Positions 20,076 to 30,124 of a stretch of DNA of 64,000 nt are shown here, in pieces. Numbering within the stretch: the first letter of the stretch is position 1; each line of letters begins with the position of its first letter. A program made the position numbers and the translations under genes. The notes under the pieces are model-generated. The model was not told the origin of the DNA, ran no database searches, and saw nothing but the letters and a program-made list of their open reading frames with translations. This stretch comes from Paracoccaceae bacterium (GTDB lineage: Bacteria; Pseudomonadota; Alphaproteobacteria; Rhodobacterales; Rhodobacteraceae): contig CBDDAE010000002.1 in NCBI GenBank assembly GCA_965224795.1, forward strand, positions 327,873 through 391,872. The letters are read 5' to 3'.

Positions 20076-21133
20076 TGGCGATGGCCACAGAAACATTTAA
20101 AGGGCGGCGCAGGTCGCCCTTTTTATCGACACTAAAGCGAACGGTCACAACCTTGTTCACCATCGCGGTGACCATGCTGGGGTTATTGTTTGTGACCTTT
20201 TTCATCGGCCGGGTGATGCCGGTTGATCCGGTTCTGTCTGTGGTCGGCGAACGCGCCACCAAAGAAATTTACGATGCGGCCTATCTTAAGCTGGGGCTTG
20301 ATAAACCGCTGATCGTGCAGTTTTTCAAATACGTGTTTGATGTGGTTCAGGGCGATTTCGGCGAATCCCTGCGTACCGGTTTTCCGGTGTCTGACGATAT
20401 CAAACGCCTGTTTCCCGCAACCTTAGAATTGGCAACACTGGGCACAATTATCGGCGTCTTCATTGGCGTCCCGCTGGGGGTATTTGCCGCCGTGAAACGT
20501 GGCACATGGTTTGACCAGATGGCCCGTGTTGTAGCGCTGATCGGCTATTCAATGCCAGTGTTCTGGCTGGGCCTGATTGGTCTGATGGTGCTCTATGGCA
20601 AGCTGGGTTGGGTCGGTGGGCCGGGGCGATTGGACATCTTCTATGAGGACATCATCCCGCCCGTTACCGGCATGATCCTGATTGATTCTGCACTGGCCGG
20701 TGACTGGACAATTTTTCGCAACGCCTTCACCCACATCATCCTGCCCGCCAGCCTGCTGGGTTATTATTCACTGGCCTATATCAGCCGGATGACCCGGTCT
20801 TTCATGTTGGAACAACTAACAGCGGAATACGTAATTACGGCGCGGGTTAAGGGGTTGTCGGAATGGGCGGTGATCTGGAAACACGCTTTTGCCAATATCA
20901 AAGTTCAGCTGATAACCGTAATTGCCCTTAGTTATGCGGGGCTTTTGGAAGGCTCGGTTCTGACCGAGATTATTTTCGCCTGGCCGGGCATTGGTTCCTA
21001 CATCACCACATCCCTGCTATCTGCTGATATGAACGCCGTCATGGGCGGCACCGTGGTCGTCGGGCTAGTGTTCGTGCTGTTGAATATATTTTCAGACCTG
21101 CTGTACAAAGTTTTCGATCCGAGGGCGAAATGA
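20075..21133 (+). CDS. ABC transporter permease (DppB/OppB-like)
   Basis: 352-aa polytopic ORF. TAATG overlap with the upstream gene. Confidence 0.88.
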   Translation: MAMATETFKGRRRSPFLSTLKRTVTTLFTIAVTMLGLLFVTFFIGRVMPVDPVLSVVGERATKEIYDAAYLKLGLDKPLIVQFFKYVFDVVQGDFGESLRTGFPVSDDIKRLFPATLELATLGTIIGVFIGVPLGVFAAVKRGTWFDQMARVVALIGYSMPVFWLGLIGLMVLYGKLGWVGGPGRLDIFYEDIIPPVTGMILIDSALAGDWTIFRNAFTHIILPASLLGYYSLAYISRMTRSFMLEQLTAEYVITARVKGLSEWAVIWKHAFANIKVQLITVIALSYAGLLEGSVLTEIIFAWPGIGSYITTSLLSADMNAVMGGTVVVGLVFVLLNIFSDLLYKVFDPRAK

Positions 21134-22071
21134 CCGATATGCCATCTGATATTCCGGCAGGGAAACCCGGCCTGCGCGCCTGGTTGCTGACCGATACGCC
21201 CACGTCGCGCAATCACGCGAAAATGGCCGCGATTTATACGGGCTGGCTGACCCTGCGCTCTAACCCCATGGCCATGGTCGGGCTGTTTATCCTGATCACC
21301 CTGCTGTTCATCGCGGCCTTTGCTGAACTACTGGCCCCGGTTGATCCGCTGGCCCAGGATCTGGCGGGGCGACTTGCCCGGCCCGGCACACCGGGTCATG
21401 CGCTTGGCACGGACAGTCTGGGCCGCGATATCCTTAGCCGGTTGATTTATGGATCACGGATCACGCTGTATATTGTGACACTGGTGGCGCTGATTGCGCC
21501 GATTGCCGGGCTACTGGTGGGTACTATCGCTGGCTATGTCGGCGGTTGGACTGACGCTGTTTTAATGCGGATCACCGATATTTTCCTGGCCTTCCCCCGC
21601 CTTGTGCTGGCGCTGGCCTTTGTTGCCGCCCTTGGCGCTGGCATTGAAAACGCGGTGCTGGCCATTTCGCTGACGGCATGGCCACCTTACGCGCGTATCG
21701 CGCGGGCCGAGACGCTGACCATCCGCAATTCCGACTATATCGCGGCCGTCAAACTACAGGGTGCCGGGGCGCTACGCATCATCGTCAAACACATCTGGCC
21801 GCTGTGCATTTCATCCCTGATTGTGCGCGTCACGCTAGATATGGCCGGGGTTATTCTGGCCGCCGCGGGCCTCGGTTTTCTGGGTCTTGGCGCACAACCG
21901 CCCAGCCCGGAATGGGGCGCGATGATTTCGGAAGGTCGTCAGTTCATTCTGGATCACTGGTGGGTCGCCACCATGCCGGGGCTGGCGATTTTCACCGTAT
22001 CGCTTGGCTTTAATCTGCTGGGCGACGGCTTGCGCGATGTGCTGGACCCAAAGGATGGCGCGTCATCATGA
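21130..22071 (+). CDS. ABC transporter permease (DppC/OppC-like)
   Basis: 313-aa polytopic ORF. 4-nt overlaps on both sides. Confidence 0.88.
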   Translation: MTDMPSDIPAGKPGLRAWLLTDTPTSRNHAKMAAIYTGWLTLRSNPMAMVGLFILITLLFIAAFAELLAPVDPLAQDLAGRLARPGTPGHALGTDSLGRDILSRLIYGSRITLYIVTLVALIAPIAGLLVGTIAGYVGGWTDAVLMRITDIFLAFPRLVLALAFVAALGAGIENAVLAISLTAWPPYARIARAETLTIRNSDYIAAVKLQGAGALRIIVKHIWPLCISSLIVRVTLDMAGVILAAAGLGFLGLGAQPPSPEWGAMISEGRQFILDHWWVATMPGLAIFTVSLGFNLLGDGLRDVLDPKDGASS

Positions 22072-22925
22072 GCAACCTGTTAGACATCGAAAACCTGCGT
22101 GTCACCTTCCCCACGCGACAAGGCGATTTTCAGGCGGTGCGCGATATTTCGTTTTCGCTTGGTCAGGAACGTCTGGGCATTGTTGGCGAAAGCGGGTCGG
22201 GTAAATCCATGACCGGGCGCGCAATTTTGCGGCTGATCCGTCCGCCGGGGCAAATTCAGGCTGACCGGATGAACCTGAACGGCAAGAACTTGTTGGAAAT
22301 GTCGCATAAGCAAATGCAATCGGTGCGCGGTCAGGAAATTTCAATGGTCATGCAGGACCCGAAATTTTCCCTGAACCCAGTGATGCGGATCAGTGATCAG
22401 ATCATCGAGATTTACCGCTTTCACACCGGCGCATCCCATAAAGCCGCCTATGCCAAAGCGCTGGAAATGCTGGAAGCGGTGTCAATCCGTGATCCCGAAC
22501 GGGTGATGAAATCTTACCCGCACGAAATGTCGGGTGGCATGGGCCAGCGTATTATGATCGCCATGATGCTGGTAACCGAACCCCAAATTCTGATCGCCGA
22601 TGAACCCACGTCGGCGCTGGATGTGTCCGTGCAAACCCAGGTGCTGTCGATCATTGATCGGCTGGTGCGCGAACGTGGCATGGGGCTGATCTTTATCAGC
22701 CATGACCTGAACCTTGTCGCATCTTTCTGTGACCGGGTGCTGATCATGTATGCCGGGCGTATTGTCGAAACCTGCGACGCCAAGAAATTGCACGAAGCAA
22801 CGCATCCTTATACACGGGGTTTGCTTGGCTCCCTGCCCCGGCTGGATGATCCGCAACCCCGGCTTGACGCCCTGCAACGTGACCCGGCCTGGCGCGATGC
22901 CCCCAGTGTAAGCGGGTTGCTATGA
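22068..22925 (+). CDS. ABC transporter ATP-binding protein (DppD-like)
   Basis: Walker A GESGSGKS, signature MSGGMGQR, Walker B ILIADEPTSALD. Confidence 0.9.
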   Translation: MSNLLDIENLRVTFPTRQGDFQAVRDISFSLGQERLGIVGESGSGKSMTGRAILRLIRPPGQIQADRMNLNGKNLLEMSHKQMQSVRGQEISMVMQDPKFSLNPVMRISDQIIEIYRFHTGASHKAAYAKALEMLEAVSIRDPERVMKSYPHEMSGGMGQRIMIAMMLVTEPQILIADEPTSALDVSVQTQVLSIIDRLVRERGMGLIFISHDLNLVASFCDRVLIMYAGRIVETCDAKKLHEATHPYTRGLLGSLPRLDDPQPRLDALQRDPAWRDAPSVSGLL

Positions 22926-23692
22926 GCCAGATATCCATCAACAACCTGAACGTCTGGTTTGGCGAACACGAGGAACGTGTGGACGCCGTCAAAGGCGCCA
23001 GCATTAACGTTGAAAGTGGTGCAAGCTTTGGACTGGTAGGCGAAAGCGGATCGGGAAAATCAACCATCCTGCGCGCGCTGGTAGGTCTGGTGCCAACCTG
23101 GTCCGGTTCGATGGCAGTTGGCGAATTTGAGCTTGGTTCCAAGCGGCCGCGCAATTTTTATAAAGACGTTCAAATGGTGTTTCAGGACCCCTATGCATCT
23201 CTGCACCCGCGCCATTCCGTTGATCAGGTTTTGGGCGAAACCCTAAGCTTGCACGGTTTTAAAGACATCGATAACCGGATCAAAAAACTGCTGGATGATG
23301 TCGGCCTTGGCCCGACATTTCGGTTTCGCTATCCGCATCAATTGTCGGGCGGTCAGCGCCAGCGCGTCGCTATTGCGCGCGCTTTGGCCCCCGAACCCAG
23401 CGTGTTGCTACTGGATGAACCTACATCTGCGCTGGACGTTTCCGTGCAGGCCGAGGTGCTGAACCTGCTGGCCGATCTGCGCGAAGAACATAAGCTGACC
23501 TACCTGATGGTGTCACATAATCTGGCCGTGGTCGCCCATATGTGCGACGCAACGGCGGTGATGCAAAACGGTGAAATAGTTGAGGTGTTGAATGTCCAGG
23601 ACATGCGGGCCATGAACCCCAACCATCCCTATACCCGGCATTTGCTGGAAAGTGCCGCGGGCTACAACCCCACGGAAATTCAATCCGCTTAG
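22922..23692 (+). CDS. ABC transporter ATP-binding protein (DppF-like)
   Basis: Walker A GESGSGKST, signature LSGGQRQR, Walker B LLLDEPTSALD. Confidence 0.9.
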   Translation: MSQISINNLNVWFGEHEERVDAVKGASINVESGASFGLVGESGSGKSTILRALVGLVPTWSGSMAVGEFELGSKRPRNFYKDVQMVFQDPYASLHPRHSVDQVLGETLSLHGFKDIDNRIKKLLDDVGLGPTFRFRYPHQLSGGQRQRVAIARALAPEPSVLLLDEPTSALDVSVQAEVLNLLADLREEHKLTYLMVSHNLAVVAHMCDATAVMQNGEIVEVLNVQDMRAMNPNHPYTRHLLESAAGYNPTEIQSA

Positions 23693-26130
23693 GCTTTTAC
23701 GCGCGCCATTTTCGGATCGTAAAGTGGTGTCATTTCCACCTTGCAAGGCACGCGCTTCGTGGCCACCTCCAGTTCATATTCGCCCGCTGCAACATAGGCC
23801 TGATCCACCCCATCTCGATTGCGAATATAGCCGTAACCAATTGAAGTACCAACGGTATGGCCATATCCACCACTGGTCAGCCATCCAGCGCGCTGACCGT
23901 TTCGATAGATGGTTTCACGTCCCAGCAATACAATATCCGGGTCTGCAACTGTAAAACACGCCAGCCGTTTTTTCACACCGTTGTTCATTTGATCAGCGAT
24001 GGCATCACGGCCCTTAAAAGCTATGTTTGATTTCATTTTCACCGCCCAGGTCAGGCCAGCCTCAACCGGGGTGTGATCAGGGCCAATGTCGGAGCCCCAA
24101 GCCCGGTAACCCTTTTCCAACCGGCAGCTTTCAATTGCCCGGTACCCGGCATTGATCAGCCCCTGCCCCGCACCAGCCTGCATCAATACGGAGTAAACCA
24201 TGGCGGCATGTTGCACCGGCAAGTGCAGTTCCCAGCCCAATTCACCAACATAGGTGACGCGCAGGGCCTGCACTGGGCAACGATTTATGTCGATGGCTTG
24301 AACCGACGCGAACGGGAAAGCTGCGTTGGATATATCCGACCTTGTGACAGCCGACAGAATATCGCGCGCGTTTGGCCCCATCAGCGACAGAACGGCAATA
24401 TCGGAGGTAATATCTGTTATCTGGCAATCCATCCCATCCGGGATATTGCGTTTGATCCAGTCAAAATCGTGGGTGGCAAAACCGGTACCGGTGACGATGT
24501 AATATTCATCCTCAGCCACCCGCGCTACTGTAAGGTCACACTCAATACCGCCGTGGTCGTTTAACATCTGGGTGTAGATCAAAGCACCAACTGGGCGCTC
24601 CACGTTATTAGCGCAAATCCAGTTCATAGCGCGGGCAGCGTCCGGGCCTTTCAGGGTGAATTTGGCGAAAGAGCTTTGGTCAAACAACACCGCCGCTTCA
24701 CGCACAGCCCGGTGTTCCCGCGCAACGGCTTCAAACCAGTTCTGGTGGCCAAAGCCGTAAATATCCTTGGCGTTCTCACCCTTGTCTGCAAACCAGTTGG
24801 GTCGTTCCCAACCCAATTTTTCGCCAAAACATGCGCCTTGATCTTTCAGGGTGTCGTACAGCGGTGATTTTCGAAAACCGCGCACCGATTGGTTTTCTTC
24901 AAACGGCCAATCCATGGTGTAATGTTTGCCATAGGCTTCAACTGTGCGCGATCGCAACCAGTCAGTATCAAAATGCGGGGAACCAAAACGTCGGATATCT
25001 GCAGACCACAGATCAAAGGGGGGTTCGCCCTTGGCTACCCATTGTGCAAGTGCCATGCCCGCGCCGCCACCCGCAGCGATGCCAAAGGCGTTAAACCCGG
25101 CCCCGACGAAGAAATTGCGCATCTCAGGCGCTTCACCGATGATGAAATTTCCATCGGGTGTAAAGCTTTCCGGACCGTTGGTCAGGGTTTTGATACCTGC
25201 ATTTTCCAAGGCAGGAACCCGCCCAAGGGCCAGTTCCATCAGGGGTTCAAAATGGTCAAAATTACTGTCCAGCAATGTGTAATGAAATCCTTTGGGGATG
25301 CCGTCCACGGCCCAGGGGATCGGGTTTGCTTCATAGCCGCCCATCACCAGCCCGCCGACTTCTTCCTTGTAGTAAGTCAGCCGATCCGGATCACGTAGCG
25401 TCGGCATATTGGTGGTTACGCCGTCCAGCGGTTCGGTCACCATATACTGATGTTCCATCGAAACCAGCGGCACATTGACCCCGAAACGGTGTGCAAACGT
25501 CCGGCTCCATTGCCCCGCGCACAACACGACTTGCGCACATTCAATCCGACCGCGATCGGTGACCACCGCCTTGATGACCCCGGCTTCGATTTCAATATCG
25601 ATGACTTTGGTGTCTTCAAAAATCTGCGCCCCTGCCATGCGCGCGCCCTTGGCCAATGCCTGGGTAATATCAGACGGGTTCGCCTGACCGTCCGTGGGCA
25701 TAAACGCTGCCCCGATCACATCGCTTATGTCCATCAGCGGCCACAGGTCCTGTGCCTCACTCGGCGTCAGCAGATCCATTTGCAATCCAAAGGAACGGGC
25801 GGTCGTGGCCTGACGCTTTACCTCGGTCCAGCGGTCCTGATTGCAGGCAAGGCGCAATCCTCCATTCATTTTCCAACCCGTTCCAAGGCCGGTTTCAACC
25901 TCAATCTTATTGTACAGGTCCACCGAATAGCCCAGCAACTGGGTGATGTTGGCGTTTGAACGCAGCTGACCCACCAGCCCGGCGGCGTGAAAAGTAGTGC
26001 CGGATGTCAGTTTTTTACGTTCCAGAAGCGTGCATTCCACCCCCAGCTTGGCCAGATGATATGCTGTCGAGCAGCCAACAATACCGCCGCCGATGACAAT
26101 GGTTTTGGAAGACGTGGGAAGGGATTTCAT
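23689..26130 (-). CDS. FAD-dependent oxidoreductase with C-terminal GcvT-type folate-binding domain (dimethylglycine/sarcosine dehydrogenase family)
   Basis: 813-aa ORF. N-terminus TIVIGGGIVGCSTAYHLAKLG (DAO fold). C-terminal aminomethyltransferase-like region. The size and architecture are typical of DMGDH. Confidence 0.85.
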   Translation of the reverse strand: MKSLPTSSKTIVIGGGIVGCSTAYHLAKLGVECTLLERKKLTSGTTFHAAGLVGQLRSNANITQLLGYSVDLYNKIEVETGLGTGWKMNGGLRLACNQDRWTEVKRQATTARSFGLQMDLLTPSEAQDLWPLMDISDVIGAAFMPTDGQANPSDITQALAKGARMAGAQIFEDTKVIDIEIEAGVIKAVVTDRGRIECAQVVLCAGQWSRTFAHRFGVNVPLVSMEHQYMVTEPLDGVTTNMPTLRDPDRLTYYKEEVGGLVMGGYEANPIPWAVDGIPKGFHYTLLDSNFDHFEPLMELALGRVPALENAGIKTLTNGPESFTPDGNFIIGEAPEMRNFFVGAGFNAFGIAAGGGAGMALAQWVAKGEPPFDLWSADIRRFGSPHFDTDWLRSRTVEAYGKHYTMDWPFEENQSVRGFRKSPLYDTLKDQGACFGEKLGWERPNWFADKGENAKDIYGFGHQNWFEAVAREHRAVREAAVLFDQSSFAKFTLKGPDAARAMNWICANNVERPVGALIYTQMLNDHGGIECDLTVARVAEDEYYIVTGTGFATHDFDWIKRNIPDGMDCQITDITSDIAVLSLMGPNARDILSAVTRSDISNAAFPFASVQAIDINRCPVQALRVTYVGELGWELHLPVQHAAMVYSVLMQAGAGQGLINAGYRAIESCRLEKGYRAWGSDIGPDHTPVEAGLTWAVKMKSNIAFKGRDAIADQMNNGVKKRLACFTVADPDIVLLGRETIYRNGQRAGWLTSGGYGHTVGTSIGYGYIRNRDGVDQAYVAAGEYELEVATKRVPCKVEMTPLYDPKMARVKA

Positions 26131-26139
26131 TGGGCAGCC

Positions 26140-27018
26140 TTAGGTTTGTAAAAAGGTCTCATGGGCAACGCGAAATCGGGTCATATTTTCAGCCGTGTAG
26201 GCCGCAAAATCGACGTCTAGGGTTGATGTGATTTCTGACACCATGCTCCACATTGTTTCGCGCAACAGTGACGCACATTTCATAGCGCCGTAGCGGTGTA
26301 GCAGCGTGTCATTGACCGGGGCTTCAAAATACAGCTCTAGCATCTGAACCTCTTGCGCCGGATCTAGTTCGTTGTTTGATGCCAGCCCGCCCAGATCAAA
26401 CAGCGGAGTATTGAACCCGGCATAATCCCAATCAATCAGCCACAACCGATTACCGTCATCCAGAAAATTTGCTGCCATCAAATCATTATGGCCAAAAACA
26501 ATATCAAACGGGCCCGACACCAATTCTAAGTTTTCCGCAATATTCAGAAATTCCGGTATTTTCGCGCAATACGAGCTGTTGTTTTCATTCAGCGTCGCTG
26601 CGTATTCACGGATCACATGGTACACCCAGAAAATCAGTGAAGGGCCGCGAAGGTGTTTCGGTATTTCAATGTGACAGGCCTGCACCAACGGAATGATGCG
26701 TGCCAACATTTCCGGCTTGCCAACATCCGCTTCACCCAGTGTCTTTCCTTTAATAAAGTCAATTACCGTCAGGCCGTCTTCAGCGTGAACAACAGTGGGC
26801 GAAAGACCCGCCGCATGCGCAGCACGGCTTGCAGCCAATTCATTAAACCGCAGTAACTGGTGTTCAGGCATGTCCGCCCCAAAACGAACGACATATTTCG
26901 CCGAAGCGTCTTCGACGGTGAAATTAAGGTTTGTCCGCCCACCGCCCAGCGGTTCAACACGGATATCGCCCTGCCAAATCGGCAATGACCGAATACGAGC
27001 AAGGTTTGCGTCAGCCAT
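26140..27018 (-). CDS. Choline/ethanolamine-kinase-family phosphotransferase (LicA-like), paralog 1
   Basis: Start at the ATG at 27018, 5 nt after GGAGGA. Motifs FGHNDLMAANFLDDGNRLWLIDWDYAGFNTPLFDLGGL (Brenner plus choline-kinase motifs). The tracked ORF (to 27120) is probably over-extended. Confidence 0.8.
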   Translation of the reverse strand: MADANLARIRSLPIWQGDIRVEPLGGGRTNLNFTVEDASAKYVVRFGADMPEHQLLRFNELAASRAAHAAGLSPTVVHAEDGLTVIDFIKGKTLGEADVGKPEMLARIIPLVQACHIEIPKHLRGPSLIFWVYHVIREYAATLNENNSSYCAKIPEFLNIAENLELVSGPFDIVFGHNDLMAANFLDDGNRLWLIDWDYAGFNTPLFDLGGLASNNELDPAQEVQMLELYFEAPVNDTLLHRYGAMKCASLLRETMWSMVSEITSTLDVDFAAYTAENMTRFRVAHETFLQT

Positions 27019-29029
27019 TTGCATCCTCCATCCCATAGCGAACCCGGGCTTTGCGCGCACTTGCATGGATCGCCCGATCCGCCATGATGGCGATGAAAGC
27101 GATGGCGAATCCGGCGACAATGCCGCGACCGGTATCGGCTTTGGTCAGGGCAATATAGACTTCCTGGCCCAGATCACGGGTACCCACCAGTGCGGTAATT
27201 ACCAGCATCGACAGGGCCAGCATGATGGTCTGGTTCAGCCCCAACAGAATTTCCGGCAGGGCCAGCGGTATTCGGATGTGGCGCAACAACTGTCGCTTAG
27301 TACAGCCGGAAACGATGCCCGCCTCTAATAATTCAGGGCTAACCGAGCGTACCCCGTGGGCTGAATAGCGCACAGCCGGCACAATGGCATACAGCACTAT
27401 GGCAATCATGGCAGTGAAATCACCGATGCGAAACAGCATGACCACTGGGATCAGATAAACGAAACTGGGTAGGGTTTGCAGCGTGTCAATCACCACGCCA
27501 ATAACCTTGCCCGCACGAATATTCACAGCAGCAAAAACCCCCAGCGGAATGCCGATGACACTGGCGATCACAACCGATGCGCCACACAGATAAATGGTGA
27601 TCATCGCCTTTTCCCACATGCCAGTGGCGACGATGAAAAAAGCCATGAGCGCATTCATCAGGGCCAGTTTCCAGCCGCCGAATTTCCAGCCAAGCGCCAC
27701 CAGCATCAAGATTGCCCATGGCCATGGAATGCCCAGAAAGAACCGCTTGATCGGTAAAAGGAACCCGGACAGGAAGAATATCTTGATGGCTTCAAATGTA
27801 TCAAAATAATTGATGTTCAGGTATTTGATCGCGTTGCTCCAGAACGCCCCGGTGGTCAGGGTCTGATCCTCAGGGTAAGTCTGAAACAACGGCCACACCT
27901 GCCCCATGCCAAAACCCAGAACCAGCAGCGCAAGAACGGCAGCACTGCGCGGATGGCGGCTGATGATGTTGCCCCCGGTCGCCGAATGACTGACATTGGT
28001 TGAACGATCCGCAAACGCCTGCGACAGCCGATCAATGGCGACGGCCAGGATGACTATGGCAATCCCGGCCTCAAATCCGCCGCCGATATCCAAACGCCGT
28101 AAACTGGACAACACGTCAAACCCCAACCCGCCGGCGCCAATCATTGAGGCAATAATCACCATGTTCAGCGACAGCATTATCACCTGATTGACCCCCACCA
28201 TCAGGCTGGGTAGCGCCGCGGGCACCAGAATTTTCCAGGTCATTTGTGATCGTGTGCAGCCGGTCATGGTGCCAAAATCTTTGATCTCAGGGTCTACTGC
28301 TTTCAGCGCCAAGGTGGTGATACGTACCATGGGGGGCATGGCGTAAATCACCGTGGCCACCAGCGCCGACACTGGGCCAAAGCCAAACATGAACAGGATC
28401 GGCACCAGATAGGCAAAAATAGGGATGGTTTGCATCAGGTCCAAAACCGGCGTTAACAATCGGTCAAACATCCGATGTCGATAGGCCTGAATGCCCAGCC
28501 ACAACCCACCTGCCACGCCAATGGGCACAGCAATCACCACCGATGCCAGGGTGATCATCGCACTTTCCCATTGCCCGAAAACCGCCAGATACAGGAACGC
28601 GGCCCCAACAATGGCTGCCAGTACCCAGTCACGGGCGAAATGCCCCAGCGCCATCACCCCGGCGATCACAGCGATCCAGCTAAAGGGTGGCAGGATTTGC
28701 ACGGCGCGCCGACCATGGCCCTGCATGAACCCTTCGGCCAGCAGGGCGCGGGCCAATTGATAGGGTTGTTCAATCACCCAGGACATGGCGCGGGTAAATT
28801 CGGTAAAGCTGAACAGGCCAATACTTGCATCTTCCACCAGCCACTTCATGGCGGCGGATACGTAGTCCTTAAGCGGCAAGACCCATGCGGCAGGGTATTC
28901 CATCAGCCAAGTTGCACCAGAGGCTTCGGCCCAGCCAGCGCCAAAACGCGCCAAGACCCAGGTAATGAGGAACAGCACAAGCCAGATTAGCACCCCGCCG
29001 GTTCGTAAATTTTTGCGCCCTGACCCCAT
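27011..29029 (-). CDS. Betaine-type ABC transporter permease, tandem-duplicated (two ProW-like domains in one polypeptide)
   Basis: About 672 aa. Two homologous halves, each with the permease EAA-type region: MTGCTRSQMTWKILVPAALPSLMVGVNQVIMLSL and VSGCTKRQLLRHIRIPLALPEILLGLNQTIMLAL. The ATG at 29029 lies 1 nt after the ProV-like stop. Confidence 0.85.
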   Translation of the reverse strand: MGSGRKNLRTGGVLIWLVLFLITWVLARFGAGWAEASGATWLMEYPAAWVLPLKDYVSAAMKWLVEDASIGLFSFTEFTRAMSWVIEQPYQLARALLAEGFMQGHGRRAVQILPPFSWIAVIAGVMALGHFARDWVLAAIVGAAFLYLAVFGQWESAMITLASVVIAVPIGVAGGLWLGIQAYRHRMFDRLLTPVLDLMQTIPIFAYLVPILFMFGFGPVSALVATVIYAMPPMVRITTLALKAVDPEIKDFGTMTGCTRSQMTWKILVPAALPSLMVGVNQVIMLSLNMVIIASMIGAGGLGFDVLSSLRRLDIGGGFEAGIAIVILAVAIDRLSQAFADRSTNVSHSATGGNIISRHPRSAAVLALLVLGFGMGQVWPLFQTYPEDQTLTTGAFWSNAIKYLNINYFDTFEAIKIFFLSGFLLPIKRFFLGIPWPWAILMLVALGWKFGGWKLALMNALMAFFIVATGMWEKAMITIYLCGASVVIASVIGIPLGVFAAVNIRAGKVIGVVIDTLQTLPSFVYLIPVVMLFRIGDFTAMIAIVLYAIVPAVRYSAHGVRSVSPELLEAGIVSGCTKRQLLRHIRIPLALPEILLGLNQTIMLALSMLVITALVGTRDLGQEVYIALTKADTGRGIVAGFAIAFIAIMADRAIHASARKARVRYGMEDANG

Positions 29030-29030
29030 G

Positions 29031-30047
29031 CTACACTTGCCTGCCAATCAACACCTGAATGACCGATTCAGCGCTGATCGAGCCCACAGCCACACCGTTT
29101 TCATCCACGACCATCAGCGGCCCTTTGGCGTCCACAACCTTCGCGGCGATATCTGCGATCCGGGCGCTGTCCAAAATACCCGCACCAGAGCCATTGCCAC
29201 CCGCTTGCATCACCGCACGCACCGACATCACCTTGTCGCGCGCAACATGGCGGGTGAATTCGCGCACATAATCTGTCGCCGGGTTCAGCACCAGTTCTTC
29301 GGGGGTGGCCACTTGAATGATCGCGCCGTCTTGCATGATAGCAATTCGGTCGGCCAAACGAATTGCTTCGTCAAAATCATGGGTGATGAAAACGATGGTC
29401 TTTTTCAACAAGGCCTGGAGGCGCAAGAATTCGTCCTGCATTTCACGCCGTATCAGCGGATCAAGGGCCGAAAACGGTTCATCCAGAAACCAGATTTCGG
29501 GCTCTACTGCCAATGAGCGGGCAATACCCACCCGCTGTTGCTGTCCGCCGGACAATTCACGCGGGTAATAATCTTCTCGCCCCTGCAAGCCCACCAGCTC
29601 TATTACCTCGGCCGCACGCAATTGGGCATCATTGCGCGATTTTCCCTGAACCGTCAGCGGAAAGGCCACATTCTGCAGCACTGTCAAATGCGGCAACAGG
29701 GCGAAATGCTGAAAGACCATGCCCATCTTGTGACGCCGGATCTCGATCAGGTCTTTTTCCGAAGTCTTAAGCAGATCCTGACCATCAAAAATAACCTGAC
29801 CCTCAGTCGGTTCGATCAGCCGGGACATACAACGTAGTAAGGTGGATTTACCGGATCCTGAAAGGCCCATTATCACGAATATCTCACCGTCCAGGATGTC
29901 GATACAGGCATTGCGCACAGCCGGAATCAGACCTGCGGCTTTTACATCTTCAATGCTGGGGGACGCTACATTGTCCAAAAATACATCGGCACCGGACCCG
30001 TAAAGTTTCCAGACGTTTTTGCACACAAGTTTGGCGGCTGATGTCAT
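29031..30047 (-). CDS. Glycine betaine/proline-type ABC transporter ATP-binding protein (ProV-like, C-terminal CBS region)
   Basis: Walker A GLSGSGKST, signature LSGGQQQRVGIAR, Walker B WFLDEPFSALD. About 90 aa of C-terminal extension. Start uncertain (30047 or 30095). Confidence 0.88.
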   Translation of the reverse strand: MTSAAKLVCKNVWKLYGSGADVFLDNVASPSIEDVKAAGLIPAVRNACIDILDGEIFVIMGLSGSGKSTLLRCMSRLIEPTEGQVIFDGQDLLKTSEKDLIEIRRHKMGMVFQHFALLPHLTVLQNVAFPLTVQGKSRNDAQLRAAEVIELVGLQGREDYYPRELSGGQQQRVGIARSLAVEPEIWFLDEPFSALDPLIRREMQDEFLRLQALLKKTIVFITHDFDEAIRLADRIAIMQDGAIIQVATPEELVLNPATDYVREFTRHVARDKVMSVRAVMQAGGNGSGAGILDSARIADIAAKVVDAKGPLMVVDENGVAVGSISAESVIQVLIGRQV

Positions 30048-30124
30048 GGGAAAGGGTCCGTAAAATTCAGGTGTTTGGCTTTCGGGGCCAACCATTGGCT
30101 GGCCCCGAAATAAGTTATGTTAGC

